A stretch of DNA of 64,000 nucleotides from an uncultured delta proteobacterium (GCA_963793865.1 CAWCBP010000002.1:64001-128000); one strand, 5' to 3'; shown: positions 10,601 to 20,571, numbered from the stretch's first letter. Notes: generated by a model not told the origin, from the letters alone. Made by a program: numbers and translations.

Positions 10601-13370
10601 TGCGTGCAATCGCATCCAGACCGGAGAGGGCCTCGTAGGGAAGACAGGCGAGCGTAAATGCTGCCTGAGCGAAGTGCCGGCCGGTCGAGCGGACTGCGGC
10701 GGCGAGATGTTGAATCAGCAGCACATCACCCGCCTTCTGAAACATTTCCTGCGTGGAGGCAATCAGGGGAGGAATCAGGATGGTTCCGATCACCACCAGC
10801 GTCCACAGCCAGTGCGGTGACAGCACCGTACATCCCAGGAGCAAAAGCAGTGTTAATGCCAGGGGAACAAGACTGCGCCGGAGGTTGTCGAAGATCTTCC
10901 AGCGGGACAGGAGAGAGAGCGGGTTCTTCCGGCGGGTTGAGCCCGGGCCGGGCACACCCGGAAACAGCCAGCGCGCAATCTGCCAGTCCCCGCGAATCCA
11001 GCGGTGCCGGCGGCTTACGTCCGCGCTGTAGCGCTCGGGATATTCCTCGTACACCATGACATCACTTAACAATCCTGTTCGCGCGTGGCACCCTTCCAGC
11101 AGATCATGGCTGAGAATGCGGTTGTCGGGAAACCGCCCGTTCAGTGCCCGTTCAAAAACATCAACGTCATATACCCCCTTGCCGATGAATGAGCCCTCGC
11201 CGAACACGTCCTGATACACATCAGAGACGGCGCGGGTGTAAGGGTCAATACCGGGCTCGCCCCCCCACAGTTGCGCATAGCGGGACCGGTTCATGCCCGG
11301 CAGGCTCCCCGCCACGCGGGGCTGAAGGATGCCGTATCCCTCGGTGACACGCTGCCGGTCTCTGTCATAGCGCGCGCGATTCAGCGGATGAGCCATGGCT
11401 CCAACCAGCTGCCATGCCGAGTCACGCGGCAGCTGGGTATCGGTGTCAAGGGTTATCACATACTTCACGCTCGATAAGACGGTCGTCTCACCGACAATGA
11501 GTGAGAAGCGCTCTCCCGGGTCGCCGCGCAGCAGCGCATTTAAGTCTGCAAGCTTTCCCCGCTTACGCTCGTAACCCATCCACATCCGCTCCTGTTGATT
11601 CCATCGGCGCGGGCGATGAAAGAGGAAGAAGGCGGTGCGCTGCGCATCAGGGTACTTTTCATTAAGCGCGTCAATGCTGTGCCGTGCCAGCTGCAGCAAT
11701 GACTCATCTTCCGGCATCGTCTCCCGGGGCGCATCGCGGAAATCAGTGAGCAGGCCGAAATGCAGATGCTCGTCCCGGTTGGCAAGGAACCGGACTTCAA
11801 GTGCCTCGGCCAGTTTTTCGATGTTTTGAGCGCTCGTGAGCATGGTCGGGATCACCACCAGCGCGCGCGATTCCGGCGGAATGCCTTCAGAGAAGTCCAT
11901 TCGAGGCAGGGGGTGCGGCTTCACCAGCATCGTGGCCAGCCAGTTCACCAGCGCAACCGCCAGCTGACTTGCACACAGCAGCGAAAGAATGCCGGTCAAT
12001 CCGAGGAGCCAATGCGGTATGCCGCCGGCCTGCGCTTGTACCAGTAAGCCCCCGGTAAGAATCGCCGTGATCAGTGTAATCCCGCCGAGATAGATGAACA
12101 AAGGGGATTGGCAGCACATTCGCTGCAGGGCCTCAAGGGCAGACAGGCGCATCTCCGCTGCCCGTTCGAGCTGCGGCACTCCCCTGTCAATCAGATAGAA
12201 CCCGACATGTGCGGCACGATGGTCTCCGTCTTCCCCGGCAGCGGCCTCCCGGGCCAGATGGACAGCTTTGAGCGCCACCTCCCCTTCGGACAGCCGGCTG
12301 CTTTTGGCGGTTTTCTCCACACTATGACGGTAGCGGTCACGGCTGGCAAAATCCATCCTGCCATAGACTCCCGCGGGGTCGTCACGCAGCACCTGCTCGA
12401 CAATGCTCATCGTCTCGACAAACTCGCGCCAGTCAATCGCCCCCAGAAACCGGAGGCTGCCGATGCTGTTGCTCACGGAAACCTGGTCGGCAGCCTGCTG
12501 CTGGTTCTCCGACCGCACCAACTGCTCGATCGACAGGCCGGACTCGGAGAGGCGCTGCTCAATCCAGGTAAGCGGTAATGCCAAAGCGGGACTCTGTCCC
12601 TGCAACCGGCGCGCAAACTCCGCGACAAACGAGCTCACCATCGGCGGGCCTGACCGGGCCATGTCCGCAATCACCAGAATCAGGCTCTTCGGATCCTTCT
12701 CGGCAATCTCCGTCATCTGATCCGCCCAGTAATCCGCAAGGTTGCGGTCGATCCGGTCGGCGGTAATCCGCGCCCCAACGCGCCGGAGGTTCTCGATCAG
12801 CGCCAGGCGCAGCATGATAGGAATCGCCCACAGCTCGCCCAGCTTCAGCGGGGTAACCGTCTGGTAGGCTGCAACGAAACTGCCCAGACTTTCCAGATCC
12901 ACCCGTCCATCACCGTGTGCGATCGTCTCCAGAGCAATGTCATACACCCGGGGAAGCCCGGCAGACGGGCCGTGCAGCAGGCGCGGAAGTCCCTGGCTAT
13001 ATCCCTTTGGCAGGTGCCGCTTGGCCGTGCGAATCTGTTCCTCGATGAGATAGAAGTTGTCGAGCAGCCATTCCCCGGCCGGTGCAATCCGGCGGTTTGC
13101 CGTGACCGCCGCCGTCAGCAGATTGCAGGTTCCAACCAGAACACCTTCATTTTCAGCCAACCTGGTGAGCAGTCTGTCCTGAGCACGTCCCAGTGCTATC
13201 CTGTGCGAGGCCGCCAGGGCCTTGCCATGCTGTTTCATCTGGTCGCTGCTGAACAGTTCATCCCGGAGCGGTGCCTCGACATTGGCATACTTTTGTGCCA
13301 GACCCTTTCTGCGGTAGTTCGCCCACACATGGAGCACCTTCCCGAAAATGATCTTTTTGCTAAACTTCAA
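4629..13370 (-). CDS. ndvB: Cyclic beta-1,2-glucan synthase (Cgs/NdvB/ChvB; GT84 region, glucoamylase-like domain, C-terminal GH94 phosphorylase)
   Basis: 2913 aa; GEWLLDNFY, ERKRGKL, ITLDTDT, SHDLLEG, RRHRWIRGDWQ, SWSGSMFEYLMP, QSGGAFGFRDQLQD, GDWNDG and ENGGQYTH motifs. Confidence 0.95.
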   Translation of the reverse strand: MKFSKKIIFGKVLHVWANYRRKGLAQKYANVEAPLRDELFSSDQMKQHGKALAASHRIALGRAQDRLLTRLAENEGVLVGTCNLLTAAVTANRRIAPAGEWLLDNFYLIEEQIRTAKRHLPKGYSQGLPRLLHGPSAGLPRVYDIALETIAHGDGRVDLESLGSFVAAYQTVTPLKLGELWAIPIMLRLALIENLRRVGARITADRIDRNLADYWADQMTEIAEKDPKSLILVIADMARSGPPMVSSFVAEFARRLQGQSPALALPLTWIEQRLSESGLSIEQLVRSENQQQAADQVSVSNSIGSLRFLGAIDWREFVETMSIVEQVLRDDPAGVYGRMDFASRDRYRHSVEKTAKSSRLSEGEVALKAVHLAREAAAGEDGDHRAAHVGFYLIDRGVPQLERAAEMRLSALEALQRMCCQSPLFIYLGGITLITAILTGGLLVQAQAGGIPHWLLGLTGILSLLCASQLAVALVNWLATMLVKPHPLPRMDFSEGIPPESRALVVIPTMLTSAQNIEKLAEALEVRFLANRDEHLHFGLLTDFRDAPRETMPEDESLLQLARHSIDALNEKYPDAQRTAFFLFHRPRRWNQQERMWMGYERKRGKLADLNALLRGDPGERFSLIVGETTVLSSVKYVITLDTDTQLPRDSAWQLVGAMAHPLNRARYDRDRQRVTEGYGILQPRVAGSLPGMNRSRYAQLWGGEPGIDPYTRAVSDVYQDVFGEGSFIGKGVYDVDVFERALNGRFPDNRILSHDLLEGCHARTGLLSDVMVYEEYPERYSADVSRRHRWIRGDWQIARWLFPGVPGPGSTRRKNPLSLLSRWKIFDNLRRSLVPLALTLLLLLGCTVLSPHWLWTLVVIGTILIPPLIASTQEMFQKAGDVLLIQHLAAAVRSTGRHFAQAAFTLACLPYEALSGLDAIARTAWRMTVTHKRLLEWSPSGDPDRTGRTILAAFCQTMWVAPVTALISGFYLALSKPAALGMAGPVLILWFASPALAWWFSRSLTRRRAQLTPDQIIFLRKLSRKTWAFFETFVGPEDHWLPPDNYQEHPAPVVGHRTSPTNMGLALLSNLSAYDFGYIVAGELIERTAGTLRTMEGLERHRGHFYNWYDTLSLQPLPPLYVSTVDSGNLAGHLLTLRPGLCALPDHTILGERLFEGLRDTLMILLDAAGGTASAQLAQLQKDLESACESRPVTLTAMRLCLGRLTASAADVSARIDAGPESQAARWAHALARQCQAALDELRFLAPWTVLPLSQDLLSESYGFDTIPTLRGLAGLEQELLPAIENRHDSDTTPAARERFDQFRQFIVTGSRRAASRIAAIEQLAQQAGELARIEYEFLYDRARHLLSIGYNVGERRPDSGYYDLLASEARLCCFVGVAQGRLPQESWFALGRLLTGAGGGQILLSWSGSMFEYLMPLLVMPSYENTLLDQTCKEAVERQIDYGKKRGVPWGISESGYNTIDAQLNYQYRAFGVPGLGLRRGLAEDLVVAPYASALALMVSPEEACLNLQRLAGDGFEGNYGFYEAIDYTPSRLPRGQSRAVVRSFMVHHQGMSFLALASLLLDRPMQKRFESDPSFQATALLLQERIPKAAALYAHTAAELSGLRAASGVPETPVRVLSSPHTPIPEVQLLSNGRYHVMITNAGGGYSRWNDMAVTRWHEDITCDNRGTFCYISDPVSGEFWSTTYQPARKLSETYEVIFSESRAEFRCRKNGFDMHTEIAVSPEDDIELRRIHITNRSRAARTIDVTSYAEVVLAAPAADALHPAFSNLFVQTEIIRQRRAILCTRRPRSLDELTPWMFHLMAVHGTDTVDSSYETDRLKFIGRGNALDNPRAMSDPAALSGSQGSVLDPIVAIRHRIKLDPNGSATVNIVSGIGTTRDAAMTLVEKYQDRRLADRVFDLAWTHSQVALRQINATEADAQLYGHLAGPVLYAHSSMRADPGLITRNRRGQSGLWGYSISGDLPIVLLQISDPAHMALVRQLVQAHAYWRLRGLAVDLVIWNEDHAGYRQMLHDQIMGLISAGVQANFTDKAGGIFVRPGDQISNEDRMLLQSVARAIITDSRGSLVDQVNRSAPVEATVPRLTTTRSHRAESPAAHTVPDRDLIFFNGLGGFTPDGREYVITTAPGNETPAPWANVLSNPNFGTVISESGCAYTWAENAHEFRLTPWYNDPVSDASGEAFYLRDEESGHFWSPTPLPVRSLQPYVSRHGFGYSVFEHTEDGIRSELWTYVAPDASIKFTVLKLRNNSGRPRRLSATGYVEWVLGDLRSKSAMHVVTEFDPVSGALFARNSYNTGFADRVAFFDADDATRTVSGNRTEFLGRNGSLRNPAAMTRSRLSGRIGAALDPCSAVQVAFELAPGQEREVVFTLGVGRGAGDAGSLVQRFLSPGAARSTLEAVWQYWNHTLGAVQVETPDQSINALANGWLLYQTIACRLWARSGYYQSGGAFGFRDQLQDVMALVYAQPDLVRGHLLRCAAHQFREGDVQHWWHPPSGRGVRTHCSDDYLWLPLAACRYVLSTGDAGVLDETLHFLEGRPVNEEEDSYYDLPGRSEEGASLYQHCVRAILRGLRYGAHGLPLIGSGDWNDGMNLVGEHGTGESVWLGFFLYDVLMRFAEVARLRGDVPFAERCHREAAQLRGNIEQHGWDGDWYRRAYFDDGSPLGSAGNPECRIDSIAQSWSVLSGAGDAGRSRMAMEAVDKRLVSREHALIRLLEPPFDTSDLNPGYIKGYVPGVRENGGQYTHGAIWSVMAFAASGDSRRAWELLSMINPVNHAKSPEGIATYKVEPYVVAADVYALPPHAGRGGWTWYTGSAGWMYRLIVESLLGLRLVKDKLRFAPCLPEDWEMFTVHYRYCETVYHIAVLVTHNGNDGMRVTVDGVEQHDKAITLVDDHQEHTVEVSIPAASCRKALQH

Positions 13371-13804
13371 GGTTCACGTCTCCTCGGATTAAAAAGCACG
13401 TGCAGGGAGGCAAGGCCCATACTATGCTTTTATATCAGTCTTTGTTTGATGTGCAGGTATATTCAGCACCCTGCAAAACATAAGGTGTGTCTAAAATGAT
13501 GAGGCATAAGAGAGAGGCTGGGTATAGTGTGCTGACGTCTTTATGGTCGGGATGCCGTATTGATGGTAATTGATAAGAACGTGTTGTGATGGTGTAAGTA
13601 TATGAAAGTTCCTCCAGCATGTCAATAACACCTTTTATTGGCACACCGTAGAGAGGGAACCCTTCAATATCACTCAGCTTGAAATCGCTGACATGCCATG
13701 GTAGATTGCGGTGTAAAATCTGCATTAGATATAGCTGTACTTTTAATCCATAGAGAGTAGCATAGAAACGATGAAGTATGTAACACGACAATAGTACTAG
13801 GATG

Positions 13805-13840
13805 CCCCCTCACCCTAATCCTCTCCCCAGGGGGAGAGGA
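13805..13840. repeat. REP/BoxC-like palindromic element
   Basis: CCCCTCACCCTAATCCTCTCCCC-A-GGGGGAGAGGA: TCCTCTCCCC/GGGGAGAGGA inverted repeat preceded by CCCTCACCCTAA. Confidence 0.55.
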
Positions 13841-13937
13841 TATGAGAGTGAGAGGGAAAACAAAGTACTGAAACCAATTTTCATGCTTCATAGTGCCCTC
13901 ACAGGGCATGGGGGTTTGTTTAAAAAAAGGAGAAGCA

Positions 13938-14687
13938 ATGATACCTTATCTTGTTACTGTTTTAATCTTTATATTTATTCTGTCCCAGGTTGTTAAAATT
14001 TTGAATGAATATGAAAGGGGCGTTATATTTCGTTTGGGACGGCTCATTCCTTCCAAGGGGCCCGGTATAATTCTTCTGATTCCTTTTATTGATAAGCTTC
14101 AAAGATTGAGCCTCAGACTGGTAACGCTAGATGTTCCCCCGCAGGATGTCATTACCAGAGATAATGTTTCCATTAAGGTAAACGCTGTTTTGTACTATCG
14201 CATTATGGATCCAAACCGTACCGTGGTGGAGGTTGCAGACTATGCCTATGCCACTTCGCAGCTTGCACAAACCACACTGAGAAGTGTCTGCGGACAGGCA
14301 GAACTGGATGAGCTTCTGTCGGAAAGGGAAAAAATAAGCCTTCGCCTGCAGGAAATACTGGATAAGGAAACGGACCCATGGGGAATCAAGGTTTCAAAAG
14401 TAGAGCTGAAGCACATTGATTTACCAACAGAGATGCAGCGGGCAATGGCAAAACAGGCCGAAGCAGAAAGGGAAAGGAGGGCAAAGGTAATTCACGCTGA
14501 AGGAGAGTACCAGGCCTCTCAAAAACTCTCCGAGGCTGCGGTCATTATTTCAAAAGATCCCACTGCTTTGCAATTGCGTTATTTACAAACCCTTTCCGAA
14601 ATAGCCACTGAGAACAATTCGACTATAGTTTTTCCCATACCGATTGACCTTTTCAGACCTTTCTTGAAAAAGATTGAAAAGGGGTAA
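13938..14687 (+). CDS. SPFH/band 7 (slipin/stomatin-like) membrane protein
   Basis: [61 protein letters not shown] before ATG 13938. Confidence 0.93.
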   Translation: MIPYLVTVLIFIFILSQVVKILNEYERGVIFRLGRLIPSKGPGIILLIPFIDKLQRLSLRLVTLDVPPQDVITRDNVSIKVNAVLYYRIMDPNRTVVEVADYAYATSQLAQTTLRSVCGQAELDELLSEREKISLRLQEILDKETDPWGIKVSKVELKHIDLPTEMQRAMAKQAEAERERRAKVIHAEGEYQASQKLSEAAVIISKDPTALQLRYLQTLSEIATENNSTIVFPIPIDLFRPFLKKIEKG

Positions 14688-14898
14688 GAAATAGCTCCTG
14701 CCTTTGATTTGTCTATATATTGTGCGTGTTCATTTTAGGCGTAAAGTGTGACTTACTAAATCACGCCAACCATAAATGTGAAAATATCAACATTACCTGA
14801 AGCGCACCAAACATTTACACTTAAGACGACTGCTGACAGTAGCGGATAAGATTTTTCCCTAAATAATGGAATTGTCTTTGGTGGCAAAGGATATTAAC

Positions 14899-15570
14899 AT
14901 GCCCAGGGATTACTACATTATTTTAGGTGTGAGCAGAGATGCTGCTTTAGTCAAGATTAAACGGGCGTATCGCAGGGCCGTAAAGAGGTACCATCCCGAT
15001 GTAACAGGCTTGAGAGAAGGTGCGGAAAAGTTTAAGAAAATTAAGGAGGCCTATGAAACCCTGCAAGATGAAGAGAAGAGAAAGAGCTATGATGAAGAAT
15101 TAGCGAGAGAGCGCTCACCATTTCGCATCACTGAAGTACCTTCTCTGGTGAAGAGGAGGACTTCCCTTTTTGATGAGATCGATACCTTTTCCTCCCGAGC
15201 TGACGATTTTTTTTCAGGATTCCTTCCCGGTTTTTTCGATCGGGGGAAGGAAAAGAGAATAGAGAAAGATCTGTATCTCGATCTCACCCTCTCCTCTAGA
15301 GAAGCCGCAGAAGGTGGTCTTTTCCCCATTACGGTTCCTGTGATAGAACGCTGCCCTCGATGCAGCAGAAGTGGTTTTTGGGATGATTTTATATGTCCTC
15401 TGTGTAAAGGCTGCGGAAGAATAAGATCTGAGAGAGAGTTTGGTCTGAGTGTGCCACCACGGGTTAAGCACGGAACAGAGATAAAACTTTCCATGGAAGA
15501 TATTGGGTTGAGGGATAGCTATCTAAATATTACCGTTCTGATTGATCCAACATTCAAAGAGGAATGGTAA
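14899..15570 (+). CDS. DnaJ-domain protein with a reduced zinc finger
   Basis: DYYIILGV...IKRAYR...YHPD J-domain; CPRCSRSG and CPLCKGCG motifs. Confidence 0.85.
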   Translation: MPRDYYIILGVSRDAALVKIKRAYRRAVKRYHPDVTGLREGAEKFKKIKEAYETLQDEEKRKSYDEELARERSPFRITEVPSLVKRRTSLFDEIDTFSSRADDFFSGFLPGFFDRGKEKRIEKDLYLDLTLSSREAAEGGLFPITVPVIERCPRCSRSGFWDDFICPLCKGCGRIRSEREFGLSVPPRVKHGTEIKLSMEDIGLRDSYLNITVLIDPTFKEEW

Positions 15571-15717
15571 AGATATTGATAACGCCTTAGATGAATTGGA
15601 GAGATTGATTGTGACTAAACATAAAGAAGCATATTACATTGTTGATACCCAAATGCTTATTTTATAGGAGAGACAACTCATTGTTTGGGGGTTCCGTATC
15701 GGTTTTCCTGCCGAACG

Positions 15718-16122
15718 CTACTCGGCAAAGTACTTTCGAACCTTCGCCGCGATCTGACGAGCCGTCATCTTGTCAACTGTTTCAATACCTACTACGCGCC
15801 CACCGAGGTTATTTTTTTCAAGACGTTTCTTCAGTTCATCCTTTGCCTTACCAGGACCAAATATCAGAATGGACTCTGCATTACGAATACACCCCATGAC
15901 CGCATCATAGTAAATGTTGAGATGTTGCGTATACGTTCTTTGGCGTCGATCATCCGAGGGTACCTGCTGTGATTCATAGGAACCCTTAAGAGGCGAATCA
16001 CCAGAACGCCGGAGCTGTTTTTCTGCCATCGATATTATCAGTTGTGTTTCTTCACCCTTCTCCGTAACCGCCACGACAATAGCCTTCTCATGGTCAATCC
16101 ACAAACCCACTTTTGTTTTCAT
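15718..16122 (-). CDS. Conserved hypothetical protein, eRF1 domain 2 / baeRF-like
   Basis: VGLWIDHEKA, ILIFGPGKAKDEL and DKMTARQIAAKVR patterns; GGAG SD. Confidence 0.6.
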   Translation of the reverse strand: MKTKVGLWIDHEKAIVVAVTEKGEETQLIISMAEKQLRRSGDSPLKGSYESQQVPSDDRRQRTYTQHLNIYYDAVMGCIRNAESILIFGPGKAKDELKKRLEKNNLGGRVVGIETVDKMTARQIAAKVRKYFAE

Positions 16123-16193
16123 CGATATCTCCTTTGTCTACAGGTTCAAACGAATGACCGCGGGCATGCACGTGTTGGCGGTTTGCTCCTCCC

Positions 16194-17096
16194 CTATTGC
16201 ATCAACAGCAGACTCAGGGCCATCATGACCATGCCGCCAATGAGTCCGAAAATGCTTTCGTGTCCCCTGCCGTAAGCCCGACTGGTTGGCAGCAGTTCAT
16301 CCAGACTGATGTAGACCATGATGCCTGCTATCGCGCCAAAGAGAATGCCCATCACCTGGGAAGGGAAAACCCCACTTTCATTCCCCACCATAACGCGCAG
16401 AGCCAGGTAGGCGATCCCTGCCCCGAAAGGTTCGGCCAAACCGCTCAGGAGGGAGTACATGAACGCCTTCCTGCGATTGCCGGTAGCGTAAAAGATGGGC
16501 ACCGAGACACTTATCCCTTCAGGGATGTTGTGCAGAGCAATCGCTATCGCAATGGCTACGCCCAGGCCCGGGTCATGCAGGGCCGCAAGGAATGTGGCCA
16601 GCCCTTCCGGGAAGTTGTGGATCGCAATTGCCAGTGCGGTGAACAGACCCATGCGCAGAAGCTTTTTCTGATGCGCACCATGGTCGTGGACGCCGTGAGT
16701 CACCTCCAGATCAGCCTGAACAACCGCATCGAAATCCGGCAGGGGGGCGGTGGGGTCGCGGAGTGGTGCGATCTCCTTTTCCGTATGCGTCTCATGCGGA
16801 TTCTCGGCCGTTGGTATCAGGTTGTCGATGATGCCGATCAGAAACATCCCGCCAAAAAAGGATGCCGCATTGATCCAGTGCCCCCAGTAATCTCCGTAAG
16901 CCTCTGCCAGCGCATCAGCTCCCTTGTAGAAGATTTCTACGAAAGCAACGTAGAGCATGACGCCGGCTGAGAAGCCTGTTGACGCCGACAGGAACCGATA
17001 GTTGGCCCTCTTGGCAAAGAATGCAATTATGCTGCCGAAGCCTGTTGCCAGGCCGGCGAGAACCGTCAACCCAAGTGCAAACCAGACATGCGTCAT
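16194..17096 (-). CDS. zupT: ZIP-family zinc transporter
   Basis: [40 protein letters not shown]; His-containing loop. Confidence 0.93.
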   Translation of the reverse strand: MTHVWFALGLTVLAGLATGFGSIIAFFAKRANYRFLSASTGFSAGVMLYVAFVEIFYKGADALAEAYGDYWGHWINAASFFGGMFLIGIIDNLIPTAENPHETHTEKEIAPLRDPTAPLPDFDAVVQADLEVTHGVHDHGAHQKKLLRMGLFTALAIAIHNFPEGLATFLAALHDPGLGVAIAIAIALHNIPEGISVSVPIFYATGNRRKAFMYSLLSGLAEPFGAGIAYLALRVMVGNESGVFPSQVMGILFGAIAGIMVYISLDELLPTSRAYGRGHESIFGLIGGMVMMALSLLLMQ

Positions 17097-17157
17097 GGCA
17101 TTTTACTCTCCGGGCACCTAACCTGATGGTGTATTTTTCTAATCACGATTTTCTTTC

Positions 17158-17328
17158 TCAAATTTTGTACCTGCGAAGATTAGTATCAATAATTTTGAAT
17201 TTATCTAACAATCGCATGGCAACGTCAACTATACCCCCGCCATCTCCAAGGGCTTCTTTGCCGATTTCATTGGGAAATTTTTCCATTAAATATTTACCCA
17301 GCCTGTCAATTTCATTATCCGCACGCAT
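17158..17328 (-). CDS. Small hypothetical protein (56 aa, not in the ORF track)
   Basis: MRADNEIDRLGKYLMEKFPNEIGKEALGDGGGIVDVAMRLLDKFKIIDTNLRRYKI with GGGAGG SD. Confidence 0.5.
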   Translation of the reverse strand: MRADNEIDRLGKYLMEKFPNEIGKEALGDGGGIVDVAMRLLDKFKIIDTNLRRYKI

Positions 17329-17534
17329 GTTGCCTCCCGATCACAGGACTCATTCCCGGCTTCTGAATTTACTCTTTACTCTTATAACATCACTTCTTGC
17401 TCCTGTCTTGGGTTATCTTCTCTCTCTTTCCATGCCCGGCACAAGCCTGATAAAGCTTTGCCCATATAACATCATTCAACAACCCGGTTTATGTATCAGG
17501 AATGAGCACACACACTATGTGAAAACACCACAGC

Positions 17535-17567
17535 AAAAGGCAGAGCCAAGTAAGACCCTGCCTTTTT
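17535..17567. terminator. Probable intrinsic terminator
   Basis: AAAAGGCAG...CTGCCTTTT inverted repeat with A/T tails. Confidence 0.5.
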
Positions 17568-17621
17568 AAAACTGTGTAGCGGGTCCAGGTAGCAATTCCC
17601 CTGTACCTCTTATTTTTATCC

Positions 17622-17647
17622 TGACCGGGAAGGTATGTTCCCGGTCA
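17622..17647 (-). terminator. Hairpin downstream of the fasciclin gene
   Basis: TGACCGGGAA-ggtatg-TTCCCGGTCA, perfect 10-bp stem. Confidence 0.5.
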
Positions 17648-17662
17648 TTTCTTTCAGCCTGC

Positions 17663-18169
17663 TTACTTAGGTAGCATCACCGCGTCGATTACGTGAATAA
17701 CACCGTTGGTACACATAATGTCCGTTTTAGTAACCTTCGCCTTGTCTACCATGACCGTACCATCTTTCACCATAATGGTTGCGGTTTGGCCGTTCACTGT
17801 TTTTGCTGATGTCAACTTTACCACGTCAGCTGCCATAACTTTACCTGCAACCACATGGTAGGTGAGAATCCCCTGCAATTTTGCCTTGTTTGCGGGTTTC
17901 AGCAGATCATCAAGGGTGCCGGCCGGGAGTTTGGCAAATGCCTCGTCAGTCGGGGCAAAAACCGTAAAGGGGCCTGCTCCTTTGAGTGTAGCTACTAAAT
18001 CCGCTGCCGTCAGCGCGGCGGCGAGGGTTTTGAATGAACCGGCAGCAATCGCAGTGTCAACGATGTCTTTCTGGTCTCCTGCGAAAGATGAATAAACCAA
18101 CCCTCCTGTGATCAATGTAACCATAAAAGCTGCAACTACAGATGACCGAAACAGATTTGATCTTTTCAT
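17663..18169 (-). CDS. Fasciclin (FAS1) domain secreted protein
   Basis: [34 protein letters not shown]; signal peptide; AAGGAG SD. Confidence 0.93.
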   Translation of the reverse strand: MKRSNLFRSSVVAAFMVTLITGGLVYSSFAGDQKDIVDTAIAAGSFKTLAAALTAADLVATLKGAGPFTVFAPTDEAFAKLPAGTLDDLLKPANKAKLQGILTYHVVAGKVMAADVVKLTSAKTVNGQTATIMVKDGTVMVDKAKVTKTDIMCTNGVIHVIDAVMLPK

Positions 18170-18410
18170 TTTTTTTCTCCTTGTTGCGGTTAGAATTAAT
18201 AACGACCTGCTGTTTCTCAATGCGTCACTCTATTCATAATTTTGTTCAGCACCTCCTCTGGTAAAAGATGAATTGCACTGTGTGGAACATTATTCTTCCG
18301 GCTGAGGAGTACGTTCCACCCTGTCTGCGTCAAAACCTATATTTACAACCCGACAGAGAATGTCTTCATAGACAGAATCGAGACAGCCGGGCACTGTGTA
18401 TCACCTTATT

Positions 18411-20534
18411 TTAATTGCCGAACAGTTTGTTGAGTCCCTTGCCGGCGTCCCTGAAGACACTTTCGGCGCCATCCGTAACCTTGCCAACCAGGCCTTTGTC
18501 GACCCTGACCCCTTTATGTGCGGCCTCGATGGCTGCAAGGCAGGAGTCTTCGTCATCTGAACTGCTGCCAACCAGTGCGGCGGCAATGCCGACCGGCCCA
18601 AATAGCAGTGCTCCGCCGATCGCCTTGCCGAAGGTGATTGCAGTTTGGGTCGGATCAACGGCGAGAGAGGGATGGGCAAGCGTGCCGCCCAGTTTGAAAG
18701 GGCTGGTTAAAGCGTTTAAACTTACATTGAGCTTGCCCGTATAACGGGTCCCGATACCTTCCTTGGGCACAGGCTTGAGGGACAGGTTAAGTCTTTCTGT
18801 CTTGAGATCGATCTCGCCCTCGCCAACCACAACCATGTATTCCGTGTTCAATGCGAGTGCGGTTGTGCTTGCCACCCCATCTTTAATATTGAAACCGCTG
18901 ACAAAGCAATTAATTGAAGTGCCTTGCGTATCCTTCCAGAATGGATTGAGGAGACGAAAGAGACTGGAACTGAGATCACCGCCAAGCATGTTGATATACG
19001 TGTTGTCGACCCTTCCCTTACCCATCACCAAAACCGTCGTACCATTGAGGCCTCCCATCATTCCTGCTATTGAGGTACCCTGGGCTCTGATGTCGATGTC
19101 TATATCAAGGCTTCCTTCGAGGCCTCCGGTACTTTTAAGTCCTTTCGTCAAATAGCTGACGTCAAGCTCATTGATTTTGAAGACCATTGCCAATGATGCG
19201 GCTTTCCCCCGGGATTGGAGAGAAAGCTGGCCATCCATGGAACCTTTTCCAAGAACTGCCTTGAGGGGTTTCACGGTAAGCGTTCCATCTTTGAGCACCA
19301 TGTCCATGTCCAGGCTGTTGAGAGGAAGATGCGGCAGCAGGACTTGAGCAGCATGGATCTTAACATCTGCATCGGCCTGTTTGAGGATTTCCAGCGGCAG
19401 AGGATGATCGGAAAAGATTCTGTCTTCCTTTCCGGCATCCGTGCTCAAAACCTTTGCCGTTTTCCCGGTGTCCGGACTCACCTCAAAATAGGGTCGAAGG
19501 TCCAATTTCTGTGCCACAAGCACTGCTGTCACCTTCGGCAGATTTTCAGTCACATGCAACGCAACCGAGCCACTGAGATCGTTTTCACCTTGTATGACCT
19601 TGAGGTTAGAAATCGAATAGGCATTATGTGCAGTATCCGCGATTCGGCCGGAGATATCGAATGGCCCCCCGAAAGGCAACCCCTCACCGGAAAATTGTTT
19701 GAGGCTTGCCAGGTCCTTACCCTTCAGCGTGAAATTTAATTCGATCCCAAGCCGGGCCAGTGGATCCTTAACTGTACCGTCAAGGGTGAGGGTGGCGTTT
19801 TCTGTCTTGACCGCAAGATTGACCGGCCAGGCCTTGTCAGGGTTGATGAAGGCTGTCAGAGGGCAGAAGGTGCCTGTGACTTCGAAAGACTCGTCATTAT
19901 ATGCCCCCTTTAACTTCAGCCTGGTCGGACTTGTGCTGCTTGCAGCGGTTGCCATGAGGGTGTCCACTGTCGCACCATATGTTTTTTTCAATTCGTGATC
20001 GATGTAATTGATTCGGCCCTTCTCTATCTGCAGTTCCTTGAAACTGCGTGCAGACAGTTTCCAATCGCCCCCGGCCTTCGTTTCGTCTTTTTCTTTCGCG
20101 AGGTCTTGTTTCTTAGCGGTTTCGAATGCGAGATTTGACGTGCCTGAGATGTCCCTTTCAAACAGGATTTCAGGTTCAATCAGGATCAGCCGTTTGACCT
20201 CGACTCGGCGAGAAAGCAGTGGAAGAAGCCTTACCTCTATTTCGAAGCGTTTGATCGTGGCCAGATTGGGCTGGGACCCCCAGGATGCGTTCTGGAAGCT
20301 TACATCTTTAACAACAAGCGCCGGTGTAAAGCCTGGTTTGAGACGTATGTCACCCCCCAAGGTTAACTCTCGCCCCGTGCCATCCTTGACCGCGTGCGTG
20401 ATTTCCGGCTTCAGGCCATTATAATCGTACCCTGACAGGATCAGGTAAACTGCCACATACAGTAACAGAATTGAGGCGGCAACAACTCCCAACACCCATT
20501 TCCACTTCACTGCGACTCCCCTTCTTTCCTGCAC
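18411..20534 (-). CDS. AsmA family protein
   Basis: N-terminal TM anchor, TGRELTLGGDI, beta-rich body, GEGEIDLKTE and GGTLAHP near the C-term. Confidence 0.85.
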   Translation of the reverse strand: MQERRGVAVKWKWVLGVVAASILLLYVAVYLILSGYDYNGLKPEITHAVKDGTGRELTLGGDIRLKPGFTPALVVKDVSFQNASWGSQPNLATIKRFEIEVRLLPLLSRRVEVKRLILIEPEILFERDISGTSNLAFETAKKQDLAKEKDETKAGGDWKLSARSFKELQIEKGRINYIDHELKKTYGATVDTLMATAASSTSPTRLKLKGAYNDESFEVTGTFCPLTAFINPDKAWPVNLAVKTENATLTLDGTVKDPLARLGIELNFTLKGKDLASLKQFSGEGLPFGGPFDISGRIADTAHNAYSISNLKVIQGENDLSGSVALHVTENLPKVTAVLVAQKLDLRPYFEVSPDTGKTAKVLSTDAGKEDRIFSDHPLPLEILKQADADVKIHAAQVLLPHLPLNSLDMDMVLKDGTLTVKPLKAVLGKGSMDGQLSLQSRGKAASLAMVFKINELDVSYLTKGLKSTGGLEGSLDIDIDIRAQGTSIAGMMGGLNGTTVLVMGKGRVDNTYINMLGGDLSSSLFRLLNPFWKDTQGTSINCFVSGFNIKDGVASTTALALNTEYMVVVGEGEIDLKTERLNLSLKPVPKEGIGTRYTGKLNVSLNALTSPFKLGGTLAHPSLAVDPTQTAITFGKAIGGALLFGPVGIAAALVGSSSDDEDSCLAAIEAAHKGVRVDKGLVGKVTDGAESVFRDAGKGLNKLFGN

Positions 20535-20571
20535 GACTAAATAATTCCTTCCACGGACTTAGACGAAGGAT

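Noticed and set aside
38..13499. Many plus-strand and alternative-frame ORFs of 60-400 aa
   Set aside because: Shadow ORFs of GC-rich minus-strand genes; no recognisable motifs
13435..13791. 118-aa minus-strand ORF upstream of the glucan synthase
   Set aside because: No recognisable family or clear RBS; cannot be supported
16979..17569. 196-aa plus-strand ORF
   Set aside because: Overlaps zupT and a better-supported small ORF on the opposite strand
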